Below are positions 43,132 through 51,990 of a stretch of DNA of 64,000 nucleotides, one piece after another. Both the position numbers and the translations under genes were made by a program. Under the pieces are notes generated by a model. That model saw only the letters and a program-made list of their open reading frames with translations, searched no databases and was not told where the DNA came from. Origin of the DNA: an uncultured delta proteobacterium. Its GTDB lineage: Bacteria > Desulfobacterota > Zymogenia > Zymogenales > Zymogenaceae. The stretch is from positions 1-64,000 of the forward strand of contig CAWBYW010000009.1 in assembly GCA_963792965.1 (NCBI GenBank), in the 5' to 3' direction. Each line of letters begins with the position of its first letter. Within the stretch, counting starts at the first letter, position 1.

Positions 43132-43179
43132 ATGCGATGTGCAATATACGCAAGATATAGTTCCGAACTTTAAGACGAC
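43132..43179 (+). pseudogene. Serine recombinase N-terminal stub 3
   Basis: MRCAIYARYSSEL*DD with the catalytic YARYS motif intact; starts immediately after the PIN stop. Confidence 0.85.
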
Positions 43180-43204
43180 ACGGGCATTTATTCAGGAGGG
43201 TAAG

Positions 43205-43884
43205 ATGAAAAAGGTTATATGCCTCGTCGTTCTCCTGTTAATGGGATGCGCGACATCTTGGGTAGGTAAGAATATGAACGAATTGATAGCAGCGAAGGGT
43301 GAGCCAACACGGACAATAGATGATGGGCGGGGGGGCAGATATTGACTTACATCTCCCATGAAACGCATATGGCAGGAGGATGGTCTACAGGGTCAGGCGG
43401 CTACTGGATAAATGGCAGATACATACCAAAAACCATGACATACAGAAGACCAACTACTACCAAGGTAACAATAGAAAGGCTATTCTACGTAGACAGTTCC
43501 GGTACTATCTATAAGACGGATTCTAATAGAGATACTTCGACCTACGACACCAACGAAGTAAAACCAACATTGCCTCCAATCAGGGGGAAAACAACCGAAG
43601 ATCAGTTAATGGAATACACTGACAGTATTAACAAAAACCCGAAAGACCCGATACTCTACGCAAAGAGAGGCGACTTCTACTATTCACTCTGGCGAGATGA
43701 CGAAGCACTTGCAGACTACAACAAGGCAATAAGCCTTGAGCCGACTAAGAATGGCTTTATCTACTCTAGCCGTGGCAAACTCTACTTGCGGCTTGGAAAA
43801 AGAGAGGAAGCAAAGAGAGATTTTAAGAAGGCTTGTGAGCTTGGGGAGGGCGATGGTTGTTATCAATATAATATTATGTACTAA
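43205..43884 (+). CDS. Lipoprotein with C-terminal TPR repeats, frameshift in a G-run near 43330
   Basis: SD GGAGG; MKKVICLVVLLLMGC lipobox; YAKRG...EALADYNKAISLEP and EAKRDFKKACELG. Confidence 0.8.
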
Positions 43885-43920
43885 TACTATAGATAGAACC
43901 AGGACCAGACCAGAAGGACG

Positions 43921-43999
43921 GGAATTAAGGTGACACCATACTTAATTACTACTTCTCGGCTTAAACTAGAAGCCTATAGAATGTTGTCACTTTAATTCC
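43921..43999. repeat. REPIN/MITE-like palindromic element, copy 2
   Basis: GGAATTAAGGTGACACCAT ... ATGTTGTCACTTTAATTCC (19 bp, 2 mismatches), between convergent genes. Confidence 0.8.
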
Positions 44000-44028
44000 G
44001 ACTCAATTCAAAAACATTCACTATGGAT

Positions 44029-44628
44029 TTAGGATAGAGACTTTTGAAATGCGCGACCCATCTCAAAATCAATATACCTGCTAAGCTCGATTGAACTTCC
44101 ATCTTTGAAATACACTCTGCAAGTGCAGAGGAATGGTCCGTAAGCCGATGTCCTAACACCGATTATGCCGTCTTTCTCGTCTTCCTCAAAAACCCTGTTT
44201 CCCCACATATGGCCAAAAAAGAATGACGCTCTTGCTACATCTGAAAAATCTGTTGTCTTATGTCGGATAAGATAAATAAAGACGTCATATTTCTGTCCCG
44301 GAACTTTCGATGGTGAAATGACATGGGTTAAGAAGATCCCTTTATTTTTCTGATAGACAAGCGTTCTTTTTGGTGCCCAATCCTCTTCTACTTTCTTGGA
44401 TCCAATCTTATCCTCACCGGGGGGGGCATAATCCAGTTGCCTTAAGTCTGCGCCTATTTCGACGGGACCGGCTTTGAAAGAACTGCCTTTACGTATTCTG
44501 AGAATTATAGTATCGAAGAGGTGAGTGAGTCGCCTGTAAAACACGCATAAGAAGATAGCAATAAGTAGAATCCAGGCAATGGTCTGTAATAAAGGTACAT
44601 ATGGAGCTATCGTGATAAGGTTACACAT
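44029..44628 (-). CDS. Membrane-anchored prokaryotic YEATS (pYEATS)-like protein
   Basis: N-terminal TM helix; YDVFIYLIRH...FFFGHMWGNRVF...TSAYGPFLC...FKDG...LSRYIDFEMG pattern recognised from memory. Confidence 0.7.
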   Translation of the reverse strand: MCNLITIAPYVPLLQTIAWILLIAIFLCVFYRRLTHLFDTIILRIRKGSSFKAGPVEIGADLRQLDYAPPGEDKIGSKKVEEDWAPKRTLVYQKNKGIFLTHVISPSKVPGQKYDVFIYLIRHKTTDFSDVARASFFFGHMWGNRVFEEDEKDGIIGVRTSAYGPFLCTCRVYFKDGSSIELSRYIDFEMGRAFQKSLS

Positions 44629-44694
44629 TCCACAAATCTTTACAGTAACAGCCTGATTATCACGGGTAAGGGCCCAATCCTACTTTTGTGTTTC

Positions 44695-44804
44695 CTATTC
44701 CCCCCCGCACCCATCCTTATGCCCAAAGTTGTCGGTCTGGTCCGTCCAGCCGATCTGTCCCTTACTGTTGCGGATCTTCACCCACCAGGTCCACACGGGC
44801 TCGA
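44695..44804 (-). repeat. Displaced 3' end of the SH3-like gene, long copy
   Basis: EPVWTWWVKIRNSKGQIGWTDQTDNFGHKDGCGGE*; 44765-44804 is identical to 48101-48140. Confidence 0.92.
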
Positions 44805-44806
44805 AG

Positions 44807-47554
44807 CTACCGGTCAGTCCCGTCCAGGACCTTCCGGATCTTTTCCGAGAATTCCCTGAGCGTGGCCGGTTTCTGGATGAATCCTTCGACGCCGCTCATA
44901 TCTATTTCGCCCGCCTTGCCGTTTAGAGTATACCCCGAGGTGATCAGGACTTTCACGCCGGGGTCCGCCTCCCTGAGCCCCGCCAGGGTGTCCTTGCCCC
45001 CCATCTTCGGCATGATGACGTCGAGGATAACGAGATCTATTTCACCGCTTTTCTCCCTGAACATCGAGAGGCCCTGCTGCCCGTTTTCCGCCAGGAGCAC
45101 GCTGTACCCCATCCGCAACAGGTACTCGGCCCACACATTCCTTACCACCGGTTCGTCGTCAATGATGAGGATGGTCTCTTGTCCTCCCTCGTGGTCTTTC
45201 TTGTTCAAGACCCTGTCTTTTTTGACCGTGCCCCTGGTGACCGGGAAGTAGAGGTTGAACGTCGTTCCCTCTCCGGGCTCGCTGTAGACGGTGATAAACC
45301 CTCCATGCTTTTTTACCGTTCCGTACACCGTCGCAAGCCCCATCCCCGTCCCGCCCTGATCCAGCTTCGTGGTGAAGAACGGTTCGAAGAGGTGGTCTTT
45401 CACCTCCTGCGTCATGCCGGTCCCCGTATCGGTCACGGAAAGGACCAGGTGCTCACCTTCCTGGCTGCCGATGTGCGTCCGTACGAAATCGCCGTCCAGG
45501 TATTTATGAGAGGTTTCTATGACCAGGGTTCCTCCCGTGAGCATCGCGTCCCGCGCGTTGATGCAGAGGTTCAGGACGCATTGCTCCACGTAGGAGGCGT
45601 CCACCTCGAAGGACGGCAGGGAATCCGAAAGAATGGTCTTGATCTCGATGGATTTGTCAAACGCCCCCGTTACGAGGGGAAGGATGTGTTCCACGATCTC
45701 GTTAACGCTGCCGGTTACCAGACGGTACTCGCCGGCCCGGGTCACGTTCAGCAGCTCCCGCGTCAGCTGGGACGCCTTGAGCGTCCCCTCGAAAATGGTC
45801 TTCAGGGCCTTGTATTCGGGATCTCCCTCACCCCTCTTACCGAGCAGGTACTCCGAGTACCCCATGATGCCAACGAGGACGTTGTTGAAGTTATGGGCGA
45901 TACCGCCAGCCATGGCCCCGATCGCCTCCATCTTCTGGGCCTGGAGGAACTGCCCCTCAAGCTTTTTCCGTTCCGTGACTTCCCGGGCGAATACCATCAG
46001 GCCCTCTTTCCCCTCCCACGTGATGGCTACCCCGATGGCCTCGTACCACCCGGTTTCACCGGTCTTCTTAATATACCGGTATTCCGAAGGATAGGTCAGC
46101 GAATCCCCCCCGAGTTTCCTGCGGAATTCCCTCTCGGCCGGTTCATTGTCTTCCGGGAAAGTGAGCTCTCCCAGGGATTTCCCTTTCAGCTCCTCGGGGG
46201 AATAGCCGGTCATCCGTTCGGTCATCGGGTTGGCATACACGACCAGCCCGTCGACAAAGATCATGATGGCCTCCTGCGCGTTTTCGACGACCTGACGGTA
46301 TTTCTCCTCCGATTCTCTCAACGCCTCTTCTGCCCGCCTGCGGTCCGTGATGTCCCTCAAAGTCCCCTGAAATCCGACCACACGATTTTCTTTCCTAATC
46401 AGACTGACCGACCCTTCAACGCTTATCTCCTGCCCTTGCCTATTGAGCATTTGGTACATGATATACTCAATCGGCCTACCACTTTCGTATAGACCCTTAT
46501 ATTCCTCTACGATCCGTTTTCTTACTTCGGGTTTTAACCTATCGAACGTGCTTTTTCCTATCGACTCGTTTCCTGGATAACCCGAGAGCAATTCTGCTGC
46601 TTTGTTCATCGAGGTTACCCTTCCTTTGAGGTCTATAGTAAAAATGGCCTCTATTGAATTCTCAAAAAGATTACGAAAGCGTTCTTCCGATTCCCGCAGC
46701 GCCTCCTGGGCCCTTTTCCGCTCGGTGACGTCCCTGAGGACCCCCTGGAACCCGGTAAAAACGCCGTCCCTGTAGAGAAGGTTTGCGGATCCTTCGACGG
46801 TTCTCTTCGTTCCGTCCTTCCTGACGAGGGTGAATTCGAAGTCTCTGACAGGCTCTCCCGACCGGTACATTTGGCTATAGGAGGCGTAGAATCTCCGGGC
46901 GTCCTCCTCGTTCACCCCTTTGCGGAAGCTCTCCCCGATAGTCTCTTTCCTCGGGTAGCCCGTGAGCTCCACGAAGACATCATTAACCTCGGTGAAGTGA
47001 CCTCTCTGATCGAGCGTGAAAAGCGCCTCGACGGAGTCGTTGAAGAGGTTTCTGTACTGTTCGGCCGTGCTTTTCAGCTCCCTGTTTGCCCCCGCAAGCT
47101 CCTTCGTCCGCTCCTCCACCTCCCGCTTGAGGGTCTCCTGTGCTCTCCGCAGAGACTCTTCCAGGTGCTTGTGGTACGCCGCGTATCTTATGGAACGGGC
47201 GAGGACGCCCCCATCGAAATGGCCCTTCAGCAGGTAGTCCTGCGCCCCCTTTTCGAGCGATTCCGTGGCTGTAGCCTCGTCATCCATTCCGGATGCGACT
47301 ACTATCGCCAGCGTACTGTCTGCCGATACGATTTCCTCCAGCGTCGCGATTCCCTGGCTGTCGGGGAGATTCAGGTCCAACAAGACCAGGTCGTATTCCC
47401 CCGCCTCGAGGAGTTCCCTGCCACGGGAAAGCGTGGCGGCGGTATCCAGGGTGTAGGGGACCGCTTTCTGCGCTGAAAGCATGTCCGCGACCACCTGTTG
47501 ATCCAGGGGGTTGTCTTCTATCTGCAGGATCCTGAATGCTTTTCTTCTTGACAT
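44807..47554 (-). CDS. Hybrid sensor histidine kinase (REC-3xPAS-HisKA-HATPase-REC)
   Basis: LLDLNLPD; three PAS repeats; QAQKMEAIGAMAGGIAHNFNN; NLCINARDAM; DTGTGM; PFFTTK; ILDVIMP. Confidence 0.95.
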   Translation of the reverse strand: MSRRKAFRILQIEDNPLDQQVVADMLSAQKAVPYTLDTAATLSRGRELLEAGEYDLVLLDLNLPDSQGIATLEEIVSADSTLAIVVASGMDDEATATESLEKGAQDYLLKGHFDGGVLARSIRYAAYHKHLEESLRRAQETLKREVEERTKELAGANRELKSTAEQYRNLFNDSVEALFTLDQRGHFTEVNDVFVELTGYPRKETIGESFRKGVNEEDARRFYASYSQMYRSGEPVRDFEFTLVRKDGTKRTVEGSANLLYRDGVFTGFQGVLRDVTERKRAQEALRESEERFRNLFENSIEAIFTIDLKGRVTSMNKAAELLSGYPGNESIGKSTFDRLKPEVRKRIVEEYKGLYESGRPIEYIMYQMLNRQGQEISVEGSVSLIRKENRVVGFQGTLRDITDRRRAEEALRESEEKYRQVVENAQEAIMIFVDGLVVYANPMTERMTGYSPEELKGKSLGELTFPEDNEPAEREFRRKLGGDSLTYPSEYRYIKKTGETGWYEAIGVAITWEGKEGLMVFAREVTERKKLEGQFLQAQKMEAIGAMAGGIAHNFNNVLVGIMGYSEYLLGKRGEGDPEYKALKTIFEGTLKASQLTRELLNVTRAGEYRLVTGSVNEIVEHILPLVTGAFDKSIEIKTILSDSLPSFEVDASYVEQCVLNLCINARDAMLTGGTLVIETSHKYLDGDFVRTHIGSQEGEHLVLSVTDTGTGMTQEVKDHLFEPFFTTKLDQGGTGMGLATVYGTVKKHGGFITVYSEPGEGTTFNLYFPVTRGTVKKDRVLNKKDHEGGQETILIIDDEPVVRNVWAEYLLRMGYSVLLAENGQQGLSMFREKSGEIDLVILDVIMPKMGGKDTLAGLREADPGVKVLITSGYTLNGKAGEIDMSGVEGFIQKPATLREFSEKIRKVLDGTDR

Positions 47555-48033
47555 TGAAGCGTCCTGTCCAAATCAAAGGTAAAAGGCACTCGCGTATTCT
47601 CCGGGGAAAAGCATCGAGCGCGGAGTCAGCATTGATTTAGCTGCATGCGCATAGTTATGTACCTTCATCCTGAACCCGCTCACGCATCTCGGGAAATCGT
47701 GTTTCTCAGAAAGATCGAAGGCCGACGTGCCTTCTTTGATGTGCGACTCGAGGGTAGGGAGAGGAACGACGGCCAAGGCGGATTTATTATACGCTCAAAT
47801 ATTCAAAATGCAACTAAAATGATTTACAGGCTGAGTCTCGATTGTTTATAAGTTTGGCAATCGTTTAGGCGGTACTCAACCATGTGTTTCGGGGGCGTGC
47901 TTTTCGGTCAGGTCGTGCACCCGAGCGCCCTCTTCCCGATCCCTTTCGAGAAAGGGTGTGGGAATCAGGGCCAGCGAGCCCATGTGGCAAACGAAAAACG
48001 TCGAATTTCTAAATCTGAATCCCCTTACTCCCC

Positions 48034-48822
48034 TTACTCCCCGCACCCGTCCATGTGCCCGAAGTTGCCGGTCTCGTCCGTCCAGCCGATCTGGCCCTTG
48101 CTGTTGCGGATCTTCACCCACCAGGTCCACACGGGCTCGACCGTCATGACGATCGGCTCATAGCCCTCCACGCTGTCCAACAGCTGCCCCTTGAACCAGG
48201 CCCTGTACGTCCCCTCCCCCTGGTAGGTCAAGTACTCCACGATGTCCCCCACCGCTGCCGGCCGGTTGCCGAGCGGCATGGGCGACCTTATCTCGCCCCG
48301 TCCCGGTACCGTCGTGATCACCACGCCGGTCGTCCCAGTCACCCATTCCCCGGCCTTCGCCGTAAAGACGACCGGCGAGGTGGCCAGCCGATCCGCGCGT
48401 ATCGGCGTATCTTTTGTGACGCTCCAGTCGCGGTAGGTGCAGCACTCAAAGGGGCACGCGCCCCAATCCTCGTAAGGGAGCTTCGGCCCGGCGGGGTCGA
48501 TGGCCGGCTCGAACCTCCGCGCATCGCCGGCGTCGATCGTCAAAAAGTGCCCGAAGACAAACCCCGACCGGTCCCCGAAGGTGATGTAGTACCAGTAGGC
48601 CGGAATCGCCCCCGATCGTCTCGAATACCCCCGTCCGGTTGACGACCGTAACCCTGGTCCCCTTGTCCAGCGAGATGACGACGACGGCGTCCGTGCGCGC
48701 CTCCTCGCGCAGGCGCACGCCGTCCCCGGCGATCGTCGCGTTGTCGGCGCCGAACGCCCCGACCGGCCGACAGGCGCCGCGAGGAGGAGACAGACCGAGA
48801 TCAAAAAGAGGATTTTTTTCAT
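48034..48822 (-). CDS. Secreted SH3-like domain protein, frameshifted in its 5' half
   Basis: Signal peptide; (V)RLREEARTDAVVVISLDKGTRVTV, WYYITFGDRSGFVFG, ACPFECCTY and WWVKIRNSKGQIGW. Confidence 0.7.
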   Translation of the reverse strand: MKKILFLISVCLLLAAPVGRSGRSAPTTRRSPGTACACARRRARTPSSSSRWTRGPGLRSSTGRGYSRRSGAIPAYWYYITFGDRSGFVFGHFLTIDAGDARRFEPAIDPAGPKLPYEDWGACPFECCTYRDWSVTKDTPIRADRLATSPVVFTAKAGEWVTGTTGVVITTVPGRGEIRSPMPLGNRPAAVGDIVEYLTYQGEGTYRAWFKGQLLDSVEGYEPIVMTVEPVWTWWVKIRNSKGQIGWTDETGNFGHMDGCGE

Positions 48823-48867
48823 GTCATAATTTCCTTTATCGGGGTCTCACGGCCGGGGGTCTCTCCC

Positions 48868-50100
48868 CTACTCGTAGCGGATCGCCTCCACCGGGTCCAT
48901 CCGCGAGGCGTGCCAGGCGGGGTAGAGGGTGCAGACGAGGCATATGAAGAGCGACGCGATCGAGATGATCAGGACGTCCGATGCCGCGACTTTCACCGGC
49001 AGCGTCGTGAAGTAATAGATTTTCGGGTCGAGGTCGATGAACCGGTACCGCGCAAGCAACAGGCACATGGCCCAGCCGGACAGGAGCCCCAGCGCCGTCC
49101 CGATGACCCCGATGGTCATCCCCTCCCACACGAATATCCGCATGATCGCGCCCTTCGTGGCCCCCATGGTGCGCAGGATCGCGATGTCCTTTTTCTTTTC
49201 CATGACCAGCATGATGAGCGTCGCCGCGATGTTGAACGCCGCCACGCAGACGATCATCGTCAGGATGATGAAGAGCGTCACCTTCTGCAGCGAGAGCGTC
49301 GCAAAGAGGTTCCTGTTCATCTCCATCCAGTCGATCGCGTAAAACGGAAACGAGAGCTTTGCGGAAATGAGCCTTCCGATCGACCGCGCCTGGTAGACGT
49401 CGGCAAGCCTCACCTCGACGCCGGTGATGGTGTCGCCGAACTCCAGGAAATCCTGCGCGGCGGGAAGCGAGATGTAGGCAAACGTGGAGTTATACTCGAA
49501 CATCCCCGCGTCGAAGAGCCCCACTACGCGGAACTGCCGCATCTTCGGGGTCATCCCCAGCGGCGTCATCTGTCCCCCCACGGGGGAAAGCAGTATCACC
49601 GAATCGCCCTTCGCCACCCCGAGCGCCTTGGCAAGCTCCGTGCCGAGGATGATCCCGGGCTGCCCGCCCTCTTTCGTAGTCAGATCGTTCAGGTTCCCGG
49701 AGACGAGATCTCTCTTCAGCGAAATGACGGACGGCGCGGTGGCAACGTCTATCCCCCTGAGCACCGAGCCCTCAATCTTCCCGTTGCTTGACGAAAGCAT
49801 CACCTGTGTCTGGATGAAGGGGGTCGAGGCGACGATCCCGGGGATGTCCTTGATCTGGTCCATCACCGAGCGATAATCGTTAAAGACCGACGCCTCCTTG
49901 AGGACGACGAGGTGGGCGTAGGCCCCCAGGATCTTGCCGGTGAGCTGCTCGGTGAACCCGGTCATGACCGAGTTGACGACGATGAGCGCCGCCACCCCCA
50001 GCGCCACGGAGCCGATCGAGATGATGGTGATGATGGAGATGAAGGCCTGTTTCCGCTTCGACTTCAGGTAGCGCCGGCTGATGAAAAACTCGTATCGCAT
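48868..50100 (-). CDS. lolE: Lipoprotein-releasing ABC permease LolC/E, copy 2
   Basis: RYLKSKRKQAFISII, WMEMNRNLF and DPVEAIRYE; colinear paralog of 37669-38898. Confidence 0.88.
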   Translation of the reverse strand: MRYEFFISRRYLKSKRKQAFISIITIISIGSVALGVAALIVVNSVMTGFTEQLTGKILGAYAHLVVLKEASVFNDYRSVMDQIKDIPGIVASTPFIQTQVMLSSSNGKIEGSVLRGIDVATAPSVISLKRDLVSGNLNDLTTKEGGQPGIILGTELAKALGVAKGDSVILLSPVGGQMTPLGMTPKMRQFRVVGLFDAGMFEYNSTFAYISLPAAQDFLEFGDTITGVEVRLADVYQARSIGRLISAKLSFPFYAIDWMEMNRNLFATLSLQKVTLFIILTMIVCVAAFNIAATLIMLVMEKKKDIAILRTMGATKGAIMRIFVWEGMTIGVIGTALGLLSGWAMCLLLARYRFIDLDPKIYYFTTLPVKVAASDVLIISIASLFICLVCTLYPAWHASRMDPVEAIRYE

Positions 50101-50121
50101 GATGTTGTGTTTCCGTCCCTT

Positions 50122-50604
50122 CTATGAGCTCTTTCTCGTCGCCGACTTGTCGGAAACGCGGGCCCGGAAGAGCCCGAGCGCCGCCATGACGTTGAGAGCA
50201 AGCCCGAAGAGGTTGAGGGCGACCGCCACCCCCCACGCCACGATCGAATCGTAGAGGAACATGCGGCCGGTCGTCAGGTTGACGATGTGCGTGACCACCC
50301 CGCCGAACCCGAGGGCGATCACGGCCAGCGCCATCAGGATGCGGTAGATCGTGACGTAGTTAAGCAGCGCGGGGACCAGGCACGCCCCGTAGACCAGCAT
50401 GACGACCATCCCCTTGACCGGCTCCGTTGCGGACAGCGGATGTCCGCCGCACCTCACAAGAATGAGGCTGAGGGCATTGTAGCCGATCCCGAGGGCGCAA
50501 TAGACGACCTGCAGCACCAGAAGGGTCGAAAGCGACGGGCCCCCCGCGTTGCCCTGCGCACCCCGTTTAGTATTCTTTTTGACTTTAGGCATATCGTCCA
50601 CCAC
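50122..50604 (-). CDS. Hypothetical membrane protein (~4 TM)
   Basis: Hydrophobic ORF co-oriented with its neighbours. Confidence 0.65.
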   Translation of the reverse strand: MVDDMPKVKKNTKRGAQGNAGGPSLSTLLVLQVVYCALGIGYNALSLILVRCGGHPLSATEPVKGMVVMLVYGACLVPALLNYVTIYRILMALAVIALGFGGVVTHIVNLTTGRMFLYDSIVAWGVAVALNLFGLALNVMAALGLFRARVSDKSATRKSS

Positions 50605-50655
50605 TAAAAATAGAGGACAAAATTATCTCATCGCCGTATTGCCGGTCCCTCCGCG

Positions 50656-51968
50656 TCATTTCCGGCCTTCTTTTGAGACCCTGGCCAGATCGCGGTCGTG
50701 GAAGCGCGCCGCCATGAAAAAGAGGAACGCGCCTAAGAACGCGACCGCCGGGACGAACATGAAGGCCTCGGTCAGGTTCGGCTTGCCGGGAGTCCCCAGG
50801 TGGTCGGAGAGCCACCCCACGGCAACCGGGGCGTAGGCCGCCATCGTCCCGTAGGTGATGAGCACGAGGAGTCCCATGCTGATGCTCCGCATCGACGCCG
50901 GCACGAGGTCCTGGGTAACGGCATAGGCGGGGGCCGTATAGGCAAACATCAACACCCCCGCGATCATAAACAATAGGTACGAGGCCTCAAATACCCGGCC
51001 CAGGTCCGTGAAAAAGCCGAGGTACAAAAAGACGCCGAGTAATAGCGAAATCACGGCGGCCGTGAGCGGCCGCGCGTTCTTCCGTTTCCGCTTCCATACG
51101 TCGGCAAGGATCCCCCCAAGGATGGGGCCGATGCACGCAACCAGGATGATCCCCCCCATCAAGAGAGAGGCCTTGGCCACGTTGATGCCCCTGGTGCGGA
51201 CAAAATAGGTCGGCAGCCAGTAGCCCACCGCTCCCCCGACGAAGCTCAGCGCCCCCACCCCGAAGGAGGCAAAGAGGAGGGTCGGGGTCCTGAAGAAGAG
51301 GAGGAGCCCCTTGCCCACGCCGATGCTCTCCCCCCCGTGCCCCCCGCAGCGGGCGCGGGCGTGGTCCAGTCGCGCGTGAAGAGGACAAGGATACCCAACA
51401 GAATCCCGGGAATGGCGAACAGGAAAAACGGAGAGCGCCAGCCCATCCCCCAGAGGTTCGCCTGGGCAACCACGCCGGCGATCACGATGCCGAGGATCGA
51501 GCCCAGCGGTTGGCCGAGGTTGAAGACCCCGAGGACTTTGGCCCGCGACGCCTCCGGAAACGACCCCGAGGCGTAGGCGATCCCACCGGGGGCAAACCCC
51601 GCCTCCCCCACCCCGACCCCGCCCCGGGCCAGGAAGAGGGGCGAGAATCTGCTCCCCATCCCGGTGAAGAAGGTGGCGGCGCTCCAGAGAATCGCCATGA
51701 TCGACAGCGACTTCTTGCGGCCCCACCGGTCGCAGAGGATCGCGGCCGGCAGCGTGAGCACGGCAACGATGATGAAATATATCGTCCCGAGCCATCCGCA
51801 CTGGGCGTCCGTCAGCATAAGGTCAGCTTTGATAAGCGGGAGCGTGGCCGACAGCACCATCCGGTCCATGTAGTTGACGACGTAAAGACACGTGACGACG
51901 ACCAGCGTGAAGACGGCCCACGGGCCGCCGACCGTAAACGGAGGGGTGGTGGTGTTACGTTGTTTCAT
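50656..51968 (-). CDS. MFS transporter (spinster-like), frameshift near 51330
   Basis: NYMDR, DRWGRK, ARGGVGVGEA and GGILADVW. Confidence 0.85.
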
Positions 51969-51990
51969 ATGATCTCCCAAATCCCGCCCG

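Noticed and set aside
40977-44700. Classical integron with attC sites
   Set aside because: No IntI and no paired RYYYAAC...GTTRRRY structures. A TAACAAAGGCGCTG near 41774 and GTTRR hits at 41273 and 42370 lack partner arms.
40700-44800. CRISPR array or prophage
   Set aside because: No regularly spaced short repeats, no cas genes and no virion genes.
44695-48140. SH3 3'-end repeats as the template/variable repeats of a diversity-generating retroelement
   Set aside because: Mismatches are not adenine-specific on either strand, many are synonymous, and no reverse transcriptase is in the window.
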